IMG/VR virus record: IMGVR_UViG_3300030098_004828
Coordinates: 124,001-188,000 of that record
Length of the DNA: 64,000 nucleotides
Direction: 5' to 3' (one strand)
Below, in pieces: positions 9,058-16,574 of this stretch (positions are counted from its first letter, which is position 1; every line of letters starts with the position of its first letter). A model generated the notes under the pieces. The model did no database searches, was not told the DNA's origin, and saw only the letters and a list, made by a program, of their open reading frames with translations. The position numbers and the translations under genes were made by a program.

Positions 9058-9317
9058 ATTCTTTTAATTGAAAATCCTAATTCTTCTGCTTCTATTGGAT
9101 TAAGTTCTATCCAATTGTGGCAGTTTCTACATACTGATAACCAGGTACTTATATCATTATGATATATACCTCTACCTTTTTTATGATGTACATCTGTTGA
9201 TTTATGAGTACATCTAGGTAATGCAGCTTGACACATAGGATAGTCAGTAAGGAATACCCTCCTTAACTTACTATACTTTGCATCAGTTCTCTGCATTTTC
9301 CTAGACTTGCTTTTCAT
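9054..9317 (-). CDS. Small HNH endonuclease (NinG-like)
   Basis: CQ...C...DVHHKKGRG...VCRNCHNWI. Confidence 0.8.
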   Translation of the reverse strand: MKSKSRKMQRTDAKYSKLRRVFLTDYPMCQAALPRCTHKSTDVHHKKGRGIYHNDISTWLSVCRNCHNWIELNPIEAEELGFSIKRI

Positions 9318-9823
9318 TTTACACTTAAATAGTTTTTTGGTAAAAGTCCTACACTCATAAACTTTAAGATTACATCTTCATAGTTTATACCTAATTCTTG
9401 AAGTGTCATTTTATTCTTATAATCAGGAATATATTCAAATGGCATTTCATATATTTCTTTACCTAATTCTGATTTAGCAAATATACGAAAAATTGGTTGA
9501 ACTTGTTTATAAGAAATAAGTTGTTTAAACTCATTTAAAGTGTTTTGACCCTTCTTCCACACTTTAGTTATTCTTCTCTTTTTATCCCAATGCATTTTAG
9601 ATATTTCATCTTGTTTATACATTTTTAATCCATGTAATATTCTTTTAAATAAGAAATGTTGTTTGGGATTTAGTTTTGAATATACTAATTGTTGTTTAGG
9701 TTCTTTTAGATATAATTGATATTCAGATAATAATCCTAAATATTCATATCTAGCTCTTTTTCTTTGTTCTTCTAATTTATTTAAATGAGGTTGTAATTCA
9801 TCATATTGATCTTGTGTAAGCAT
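9314..9823 (-). CDS. Hypothetical protein
   Basis: ORF track, 169 aa. Confidence 0.75.
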   Translation of the reverse strand: MLTQDQYDELQPHLNKLEEQRKRARYEYLGLLSEYQLYLKEPKQQLVYSKLNPKQHFLFKRILHGLKMYKQDEISKMHWDKKRRITKVWKKGQNTLNEFKQLISYKQVQPIFRIFAKSELGKEIYEMPFEYIPDYKNKMTLQELGINYEDVILKFMSVGLLPKNYLSVK

Positions 9824-9854
9824 AATATTCTATTTTTAAGTGGGTTTGTGAAAT

Positions 9855-9888
9855 AGAAAAGGGCAGCCGGTTCCGGATCTGCCCTTCT
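9855..9888 (-). terminator. Intrinsic terminator-like hairpin
   Basis: AAGGGCAG...CTGCCCTT GC-rich stem in an intergenic gap downstream of 9941..10480. Confidence 0.6.
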
Positions 9889-9940
9889 CAAAAAAATTTA
9901 AACTAGTATTATTACTAGGATCAGTTAAGGTTGATCATTC

Positions 9941-10480
9941 CTATAATTCAAATGTTTCATCTTCTACTTCAACTGCTTCTTCTTTAACAGTTTTAAGTTC
10001 TTCCTTTTCTTTCTTAGACATAGGTTTTTCTTCAGATACATTTGCTGATACTGAAACACCATTTGCTGCTCTTATATCATCACCATTTGTATGAGATATT
10101 AATGCATCTTGTTCAGTTGGATCTAATGTATAGAATGTTCTTCTATATATTGGTTCACCATGTTTGCAACATACTATACCAGTGTCACCAGCATATTTTA
10201 AATCTCTATCAGGATCATTTTCATTAAATGGTTGTAATTGTTCTTTAGTTACAATTTTACCTTCTAATTGTTGACCTGCTGTATAACCTAATGTTGTTAA
10301 GTCTTCCACTTTACCGTGGATTAATGTACTAAGTTGTTTGTTATTTACCCAACCTTGTGTGCTGAATATAACTCTATCTTGTACCATTCTAATGTGACCA
10401 AATTCTGGATTTTTCTTTGATACTCTAATTACGTTGTTTTGTTCATCTGCTTGAACAGTTACTTTACTATTACTAGTCAT
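9941..10480 (-). CDS. Hypothetical protein, possible OB-fold/SSB-like
   Basis: Beta-rich body with a disordered acidic tail ending EDETFEL. Confidence 0.6.
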   Translation of the reverse strand: MTSNSKVTVQADEQNNVIRVSKKNPEFGHIRMVQDRVIFSTQGWVNNKQLSTLIHGKVEDLTTLGYTAGQQLEGKIVTKEQLQPFNENDPDRDLKYAGDTGIVCCKHGEPIYRRTFYTLDPTEQDALISHTNGDDIRAANGVSVSANVSEEKPMSKKEKEELKTVKEEAVEVEDETFEL

Positions 10481-10528
10481 GTTTAAAAAATTTTGTGTGT
10501 TAATAAATTGATTGATTAATTGTTGTGA

Positions 10529-10804
10529 TTATATATCATCACGATGGAAATAATTGTCTTCCATTTTTTCTATATCCTTGATTTCATCAAGACTTGGTTC
10601 TCTTTCCTGAAATTCCCATATTTCTGGTTGATCAGGTTTCTCTTTTTTATTATTAGCAAGAGTAGATTTATAAAAAGGATTAGTTATATCTGAAGTGAAT
10701 TCTTTACCAAGACCATTAAGCTCTCTAAAATCTTGATCATCTAATTCAAGATATTGTTCTAGAGACATCTCTATTATTCTGCCATTTGGTAATTGATAAA
10801 TCAT
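10529..10804 (-). CDS. Acidic hypothetical protein
   Basis: ORF track; ATG at 10804 (MIYQLPNG). Confidence 0.7.
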   Translation of the reverse strand: MIYQLPNGRIIEMSLEQYLELDDQDFRELNGLGKEFTSDITNPFYKSTLANNKKEKPDQPEIWEFQEREPSLDEIKDIEKMEDNYFHRDDI

Positions 10805-10807
10805 ACG

Positions 10808-10815
10808 CAAATGTA
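10808..10815 (-). promoter_or_regulatory. Bacteroidota sigmaA -7 element
   Basis: TACATTTG exactly matches TAnnTTTG and lies 3 nt before the ATG (near-leaderless). Confidence 0.5.
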
Positions 10816-10883
10816 TACTATTTTATTTACTTTACATAGTCAAAAATGTTGACCATTGAATAAATATTATAGTAGTATAGCTA

Positions 10884-11123
10884 TCACTTTACAATAAATT
10901 TTCTACCAATCCTTTTAATATATCCTTTTTCCTTTAATTCTTTAATTTTTCTATGAATTGTTCTTGGATGAACATTACATAAATCTGCTATAGTATTAAT
11001 TGAAGGAAAACAAGTTCTTTCTTTATTACAATAGGTACATATAATAGCATATACACCTTTTGCTTGTATAGATAATTCTGGATCAGTAACTATATCTTTA
11101 TTTACTATTCCAAACCGCTCCAT
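10884..11123 (-). CDS. Helix-turn-helix protein (HTH_36-like)
   Basis: LSIQAKGVY...CFPSINTIADLCNVHPRTIHRKIKELKEKGYI. Confidence 0.8.
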   Translation of the reverse strand: MERFGIVNKDIVTDPELSIQAKGVYAIICTYCNKERTCFPSINTIADLCNVHPRTIHRKIKELKEKGYIKRIGRKFIVK

Positions 11124-11533
11124 AATTTTATAATATTAGATCTTTTTACTCTAACTTCTTTAAAGTTAGGCCATCCATCATCTTTAAATCCTATATAAGC
11201 ATTTATTTTGTATTCCGTTGCATAAGGATTGCACTCATCTCTATAATTAGTATCATTCATAATTATACCTTTGATATGCCCTTCTTTATTCATAAGTTTC
11301 TTATCCTTCATTATATCTTCTTCAAATAAATCTTTAAGATCATATTTGTTATCTTTAGGATCAAACCATACTTTATCTTCTTTCTTAAATAGTATATGTT
11401 CTTTTTCATTTACTATCTCATCCATAACTGCTGCTTTTTGATCATCAGAAAGATATGATATCATCATTCTTAGTATAAATTCATCATCTACTGAATCTTT
11501 TATTATCTTATATGTTATTTTATCTATATTCAT
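11105..11533 (-). CDS. Hypothetical protein
   Basis: ORF track, 142 aa. Confidence 0.7.
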   Translation of the reverse strand: MNIDKITYKIIKDSVDDEFILRMMISYLSDDQKAAVMDEIVNEKEHILFKKEDKVWFDPKDNKYDLKDLFEEDIMKDKKLMNKEGHIKGIIMNDTNYRDECNPYATEYKINAYIGFKDDGWPNFKEVRVKRSNIIKLWSGLE

Positions 11534-11726
11534 ATGACACTATTTATTAAAAAGGTTTGGAGTAAATGCTTTGATTGTAGCACCTAAATTAATTAGTACA
11601 TTTACTCCTTACCTACCCACTCAAATAGAATATACAGTCTCCTGTACACTCATCTTTATCCACTATTATTAAATAGTGGTATTGTTAGGGTGACACTTAT
11701 GTCTCTTTTAAACTTTATTACTTAAT

Positions 11727-12374
11727 TTATATTTTATAATTTATTATTTGCCATCCCGTTGCTGACCATTCATCACCTACTCTAGTTTCTCTAAATTCTA
11801 AGTGATTAATGTCAACTCCTTTAAACCATTTTCTGAACTTAGACAATATATGTCTATTTTCAGTTATCATATGTATATTTCTTCTATGACCATACATTAC
11901 CATACCTATAGTTTCAGTTCTATCAACTAGTCTTGCACCAAAATCATCAACTTCAATTGATTTACTTTGATCTAATTTGATATGTATGTTACCATTTAAC
12001 TTATAAAGCTTTTTAATGCTATAAACTTTTTTCATATACCATTTAGGTGCATCAAAATTAACCATTACTGACATATCTGTCACACCTTGATTTACATTAT
12101 AATAATATCCTACAAAACCTCCTAAATATTTATTCATTATACTTAATGTAGAATTATTACCTTCATTAGTTAAGTGAATATTTGCTTCATGTCCTTTAAA
12201 TGACTTTCCACGATCTACTCTTAATAAATTTTCAGATACATATTCTGTATTTGTATTACTAGCTTTAGGCATTGGTTTTCTTATTGATTCAGCCAAATCT
12301 GACAGTATTTCTACTGCCAAACTTGGATTTGAATATTTAAAATTATCTTTTTTATTTCCTGTACTTATAAACAT
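11727..12374 (-). CDS. Hypothetical protein
   Basis: ORF track, 215 aa. Confidence 0.7.
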   Translation of the reverse strand: MFISTGNKKDNFKYSNPSLAVEILSDLAESIRKPMPKASNTNTEYVSENLLRVDRGKSFKGHEANIHLTNEGNNSTLSIMNKYLGGFVGYYYNVNQGVTDMSVMVNFDAPKWYMKKVYSIKKLYKLNGNIHIKLDQSKSIEVDDFGARLVDRTETIGMVMYGHRRNIHMITENRHILSKFRKWFKGVDINHLEFRETRVGDEWSATGWQIINYKI

Positions 12375-12396
12375 ATTTATTCTATTTTAGTGGTTA

Positions 12397-12594
12397 TTAT
12401 TTTAATTTTTCAGCTACTACATTAAGTGTAAATAAACCTAAAGTTAATAGGCCTACTCCCATTATAAATATTAATACAGATGTCCATGCGTGTATTAATG
12501 AATAAATTAATGCATATATTCCAACACCAATAGATGTTATCATTGCACTTAATACTAGTAAAAACTTGATCATGTTAAAAATTTTATCTTTCAT
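12397..12594 (-). CDS. Small two-TM membrane protein
   Basis: Two long hydrophobic segments. Confidence 0.65.
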   Translation of the reverse strand: MKDKIFNMIKFLLVLSAMITSIGVGIYALIYSLIHAWTSVLIFIMGVGLLTLGLFTLNVVAEKLK

Positions 12595-12606
12595 GGGTTA
12601 ATTATT

Positions 12607-12714
12607 TTATATGGTTAAACTTGCTATTATTATTGCTATATGTATTAATAACATTATAATGTATAATACACATAGTATTGGGTTTTCTTTATACCATCTT
12701 TCAAATTGTTTCAT
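12607..12714 (-). CDS. 35-aa membrane microprotein
   Basis: MKQFERWYKENPILCVLYIIMLLIHIAIIIASLTI; the longer start in the ORF track runs through a regulatory element. Confidence 0.5.
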   Translation of the reverse strand: MKQFERWYKENPILCVLYIIMLLIHIAIIIASLTI

Positions 12715-12761
12715 AGGTAATAATACTATACGGTTAGACTTTTTGATTTTAAAAAAAACTG

Positions 12762-12813
12762 ACAAGGTGACGAAGGAACCGCAGGAAGTCAACAACAGGT
12801 GAACGAAGTGAAC
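12762..12813 (-). promoter_or_regulatory. ACAAGGT + GNA-loop DNA hairpin element (variant copy)
   Basis: Plus strand GGT-GA-C-GAA-G-GA-ACC (12766-12780) and GT-GA-AC-GAA-GT-GA-AC (12799-12813). Confidence 0.55.
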
Positions 12814-12833
12814 ACCATAGCAGAAGAAGAGAA

Positions 12834-12956
12834 TTACTCCTCTTCCATATCTTCTAAGATACATTGTTGACAAATATGTACTTCATCACAAGTACATGTC
12901 AATTCAGGATTTATTTTATAGAGTTCATACATAAACTCTGCTTCTTCAAACATCAT
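12834..12956 (-). CDS. 40-aa acidic Cys-rich (Zn-binding) microprotein
   Basis: MMFEEAEFMYELYKINPELTCTCDEVHICQQCILEDMEEE. Confidence 0.6.
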   Translation of the reverse strand: MMFEEAEFMYELYKINPELTCTCDEVHICQQCILEDMEEE

Positions 12957-13073
12957 ATGATATAATTTTAAATTATTGATATACTGCCGGAACCATTTGC
13001 AGATGTGTATAGCAACGCGCCACTCACTATACTAAATCCGGCTTTGTTTTAAACAGTTTACTCTGTTATGATA

Positions 13074-13475
13074 AATAGTACAATGAGTGATGAGCAAACT
13101 ACTCTCATAATGATGACTCTTGGGATTCCCCCTTAGATATTCATTAACCCTATGCAGGTGATTAACCTTTATACTTATACTCAATTAACAATGATTAGTT
13201 GCCAATATCATACATCATATAGCTCTGTTAAGAACTTCATAAGTTGTCAGGGCTTTGAGATATCCCTATAACATTAATGATTTTCAAAGTAAGTTGTTAA
13301 TAAAATTACTTTGTTCATCATACTTCTGCTTATACACTACATACGACAATACAATCATTTGATTATACTATCAGGCATCACACCAAACAGAATGCACTAA
13401 CCCCTTTGAAAAAAAGATTTATTGTGCGACACTCAGGATACTGTGGTAGCTAACCGTTGTATCCTTTGTACTATT
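13074..13475 (-). ncRNA. Putative ~400-nt structured ncRNA
   Basis: No ORF; 10-bp closing stem 13074-13083/13466-13475; nested stems; 12-bp hairpin 13345-13372 with three G-U pairs only on the minus strand. Confidence 0.6.
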
Positions 13476-13625
13476 AATTTTATGTATTGGAATTATATGA
13501 CCAGAGAGATAATATTACACACTTACTATGAAAATATATCAATGTAAGTATACTGACCATTATAATTCCAAATGAGGTTGCGGATACTATTATCCTATAG
13601 AACAAATAACAAATACTACATAGTA

Positions 13626-13790
13626 CTAATACCTATTCTTATGTTTATTCTTTCTTGTATACTTTTTCTTATTACGAACTACTGTATGTGTAGTACAAGA
13701 ACTCTCTATCATCTCTTTAGCCTGTCTTCTACCTGCATTTCTCTTGATTTTATCAATATCTGATTGTTTGAGTGTTATACTTAGTTTCAT
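13626..13790 (-). CDS. 54-aa basic peptide with ArfA-like C-terminus
   Basis: MKLSITLKQSDIDKIKRNAGRRQAKEMIESSCTTHTVVRNKKKYTRKNKHKNRY. Confidence 0.6.
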   Translation of the reverse strand: MKLSITLKQSDIDKIKRNAGRRQAKEMIESSCTTHTVVRNKKKYTRKNKHKNRY

Positions 13791-13999
13791 AGCTATATTA
13801 TTAATAATGTGAAGTGAAAATATTTAAGTGGTAAAAAGTGGTAATAATAGACTATTTGAGGTATCATTCAGAAACTTTAACACACAAACAAGAATAAAAC
13901 ACTATAAAATGTGAACACATATCAAATCAATGGAGTGTTGAGGGATTTTGAGTGGATTATTCTTATTTGAGTGGATATTTCATTGGATTAAACCCTGAA

Positions 14000-14452
14000 T
14001 TAACAAGGTTTAGTCCAATATAAGTTAGGAACAGGTATTTCATTACCATTTTCATCTAACTTGTTGTTTCCGTTTTCATCTCTTTCTACAACAGGATTGT
14101 CCAAATCTATCATAAAACCTTTTAGGAATTGGTCAGATTGAAACTTGTAGTTTATGTCTGATGGATTAATTGCAACTTTTTTACCTGATGCGTCTTCAGT
14201 GTAAAATGTATGTAATCCATAAACTACTTTACCATTACCACGGTTGAACAACTTAAGTTCTTTACCATCTGCTGTCTTATAAGTGATACCTCCGTCAAAC
14301 ATATCATCAGATGCGAAAGATACATTTCTAACTGTGATTGATTTTGACTTTGGATTATCAGGATAAGAGTGAAAGTATGAACCTGTTGTTGGTACTGTTA
14401 TGTCTTGAGTGTTTGTTTTAGTAGTGTTCTCTACTGTAGAATTGTTTTCCAT
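14000..14452 (-). CDS. Hypothetical (putative early) protein
   Basis: ORF track; preceded by the conserved hairpin element. Confidence 0.75.
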   Translation of the reverse strand: MENNSTVENTTKTNTQDITVPTTGSYFHSYPDNPKSKSITVRNVSFASDDMFDGGITYKTADGKELKLFNRGNGKVVYGLHTFYTEDASGKKVAINPSDINYKFQSDQFLKGFMIDLDNPVVERDENGNNKLDENGNEIPVPNLYWTKPC

Positions 14453-14483
14453 AATATTTAATTTAGTTTAATTTATATCATTA

Positions 14484-14551
14484 TTGAACAAGGTGGATAG
14501 GAAGAGAAGAGCGAACGCAGTGAGCTGGAACGGAGCGAAGCGGAGTGACAG
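14484..14551 (-). promoter_or_regulatory. ACAAGGT + purine spacer + GNA-loop DNA hairpins (candidate early promoter)
   Basis: ACAAGGT 14488-14494; AGC-GA-AC-GCA-GT-GA-GCT (14510-14526); CTG-GA-AC-GGA-GC-GAA-GC-GGA-GT-GA-CAG (14525-14551). Confidence 0.65.
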
Positions 14552-14645
14552 ATGTAGTACAAATACCACAGTGATAATAGTAATGATAGTGAGAAGTGGG
14601 TGGGTAATAATGTAGGGTGGGATAATTAAAAGGAAGAAAGCCCAA

Positions 14646-14903
14646 TTATGAGCTTCCGTCCTTATCTTTAACTTTTGCTTTAATCTCTTTACCTAACATA
14701 AGGTCTTTAACAAGCAATTCTTTATTAATCTCCATTTTAGCTTTGGCAATTAATAACTGTTGTCTTTTAGATTTGATAGTTTTTGTAATATCTTCTATTT
14801 TCCATTCAGCCTTCTCAAGCTTTGCAAGTTTTAATTTTGCTTGTAATAATTTAATATTTTGTTCAATAGCAGTAATGTTAGTATAGTCATAATAATAATC
14901 CAT
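14646..14903 (-). CDS. Basic coiled-coil hypothetical protein
   Basis: ORF track, 85 aa. Confidence 0.65.
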   Translation of the reverse strand: MDYYYDYTNITAIEQNIKLLQAKLKLAKLEKAEWKIEDITKTIKSKRQQLLIAKAKMEINKELLVKDLMLGKEIKAKVKDKDGSS

Positions 14904-14948
14904 AATAATAATAATTTAAGTTTATAAATAAAGAAAAAAAACCAGCTA

Positions 14949-15116
14949 CTATTTCTTCACTGGTTTTTCCCGTCTTGCCAAATAACAAAACACGTGTCCT
15001 TTAGTGTGAGGACAAGGAGTTATTGACTGGACTTTGAATACATACTTATGTCTCCATTGATTTAATGTCTTTTGAACATTAATAGATGATAAGTGTAAGA
15101 TTTGATTTTCCCACAT
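14949..15116 (-). CDS. 55-aa hypothetical protein
   Basis: MWENQILHLSSINVQKTLNQWRHKYVFKVQSITPCPHTKGHVFCYLARREKPVKK; below the track cut-off; preceded by the conserved element. Confidence 0.65.
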   Translation of the reverse strand: MWENQILHLSSINVQKTLNQWRHKYVFKVQSITPCPHTKGHVFCYLARREKPVKK

Positions 15117-15145
15117 AGTTTAAAATTTTAAAGTTAATATCAGTG

Positions 15146-15187
15146 TTGTACAAGGTTGTTAAGAATAGAAATATGAGCGTAGCGAAT
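15146..15187 (-). promoter_or_regulatory. ACAAGGT + purine spacer + GNA-loop DNA hairpin (candidate early promoter)
   Basis: ACAAGGT 15150-15156; AT-GA-GC-GTA-GC-GA-AT (15173-15187). Confidence 0.65.
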
Positions 15188-15570
15188 TAATAATAATACG
15201 GAAAACACCCTCCACAAGTTCCTTTGTAACCTAAGTTACTTTATCAGATGTTTTTACTGGCTAAACCGTATTATCATAATTAGAAAGTTACACAAACAGT
15301 GACCCTTTACCCAGACCAATTAGGAATGGTAAACTCAAGATTTAATCATCACATTGAGGTGTGTTTGTTTAATCATTACTGTACACATAATGAAGATAAC
15401 TTTCCAAATAACTATAATGTCATATCAAATAACTTGACAAAGACAAAGAATAAAATAGTACAAATTAACATAATATAAAATTTTAATTACTTATGTCTAA
15501 TGTCCCACAGTGTACATGACCATACATACAATCAAGTTGATGGTGAGAGGTACACTATTTGAGTGGGTTA

Positions 15571-15723
15571 TTAGAATTCAATTGAGTAAGTTGAATGTAG
15601 TTTATCAATCTTGTCTTTGATTAATTGGATGTCTGATGTATTCTCAGGACAATAGTCCATTAACCAATTGAGTTCAAGTTCAAGATTGTTTAATTCAATT
15701 ACAATGTTTTTAATATTTGACAT
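15571..15723 (-). CDS. 50-aa hypothetical protein
   Basis: ATG at 15723 (MSNIKNIV...); first gene of the minus-strand arm. Confidence 0.6.
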   Translation of the reverse strand: MSNIKNIVIELNNLELELNWLMDYCPENTSDIQLIKDKIDKLHSTYSIEF

Positions 15724-15745
15724 AAGTATAAGTTTTAGTTCATGA

Positions 15746-15809
15746 GTGTACAAGGTTGTAGGATGAGAAGGAACCCGTCAGGGTTCTGACCCGTAGCGTA
15801 GCGGAGGGT
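15746..15809 (-). promoter_or_regulatory. ACAAGGT + purine spacer + GNA/GNNA-loop DNA hairpins (candidate early promoter)
   Basis: ACAAGGT 15750-15756; GAACCC-GTCA-GGGTTC (15771-15786); ACCC-GTA-GC-GTA-GC-GGA-GGGT (15789-15809). Confidence 0.65.
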
Positions 15810-15895
15810 GCTGGGTGAGGTGTTGGCTTGTTTCTTTTTGAGCGTGAGATTTTTTTTGAGTGATCTGTGAGACCAGAAGCGTGTGTTGTTTTAAA

Positions 15896-15930
15896 GGGGG
15901 GGCAGGGGCTGTTGGCCAACGGGCCGGGGG
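15896..15930 (+). other. G-tract cluster (potential G-quadruplex) at the strand switch
   Basis: G7-CA-G4-CTGTTGGCCAAC-G3-CC-G5. Confidence 0.55.
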
Positions 15931-16096
15931 AGTTTTATGTAGAACCTTCTCACAACTTAAAACATACAAAACTTTTATATAGGGTAAAATTTCACTATAT
16001 TATATATAAGAGGCCCTGGACCATTTTCCTATAAAAAGGTTTGTGAAAGGATCCCTCCCGAGTGTAAATTAATTATTAATGTAAAAATTAAATGTT

Positions 16097-16495
16097 ATGA
16101 ACAAATATTTATATTTTCAAACTGCTACAGGTATTGACGGTACAGATACTGATGAAGAAGCAATAATGGTACCAGCTGATAGTCTAATTGCTATTGAGGC
16201 TGGTGCTGCTGATGAAGACAAGCTTTGGATGCATTTTGCTGGTAAAGGGATTGGTGATGTAGATGCTGCTACTGATGTTATTTCAGTTAAGTTATCTGTA
16301 ACTGAAGAGAACTTCCAAGAATTCTGCAGACAAATTGCTAAATTTATCAATGCTGACGTATTGAATAGAGATAACTCTGCGTATTCAAAAGATGGATTCT
16401 TAGTTGTTGCTTGTTCTTTATCTGGATCTGTGTCTTACTTCCACAGTTCAGTTACTGCTTGTGACTTAATTCAAATTAAAACTGCTGCTGCATAG
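16097..16495 (+). CDS. Hypothetical protein, first gene of the plus-strand arm
   Basis: ORF track; preceded by TATATTATA motif, followed by a terminator. Confidence 0.8.
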   Translation: MNKYLYFQTATGIDGTDTDEEAIMVPADSLIAIEAGAADEDKLWMHFAGKGIGDVDAATDVISVKLSVTEENFQEFCRQIAKFINADVLNRDNSAYSKDGFLVVACSLSGSVSYFHSSVTACDLIQIKTAAA

Positions 16496-16523
16496 TAGTG
16501 TTTTAATTATTTTGTTTAGTTTT

Positions 16524-16547
16524 GTGGTGCTGCTTCGGTGGCACCAC
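16524..16547 (+). terminator. Hairpin with cUUCGg tetraloop
   Basis: GTGGTGCTGC-TTCG-GTGGCACCAC. Confidence 0.7.
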
Positions 16548-16574
16548 TTAACTATTAACCTTTAAAAATTAACT

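Noticed and set aside
13074-13475. tmRNA, RNase P RNA or self-splicing intron identity for the large structured region
   Set aside because: No tRNA-like acceptor/T arm, no recognisable catalytic-core motifs and no interrupted gene
13572-13763. 63-aa plus-strand ORF
   Set aside because: Antisense to the better 54-aa minus-strand ORF that follows the local gene orientation
11615-15568. Invertible segment bounded by the exact 14-bp inverted repeat
   Set aside because: No recombinase in the window, and the 14-mer belongs to a larger dispersed motif family, so binding sites explain it better
15778-15969. 63-aa minus-strand ORF over the GC island
   Set aside because: Pro/His-rich by-product of the G-tracts and hairpins; composition unlike any real gene here
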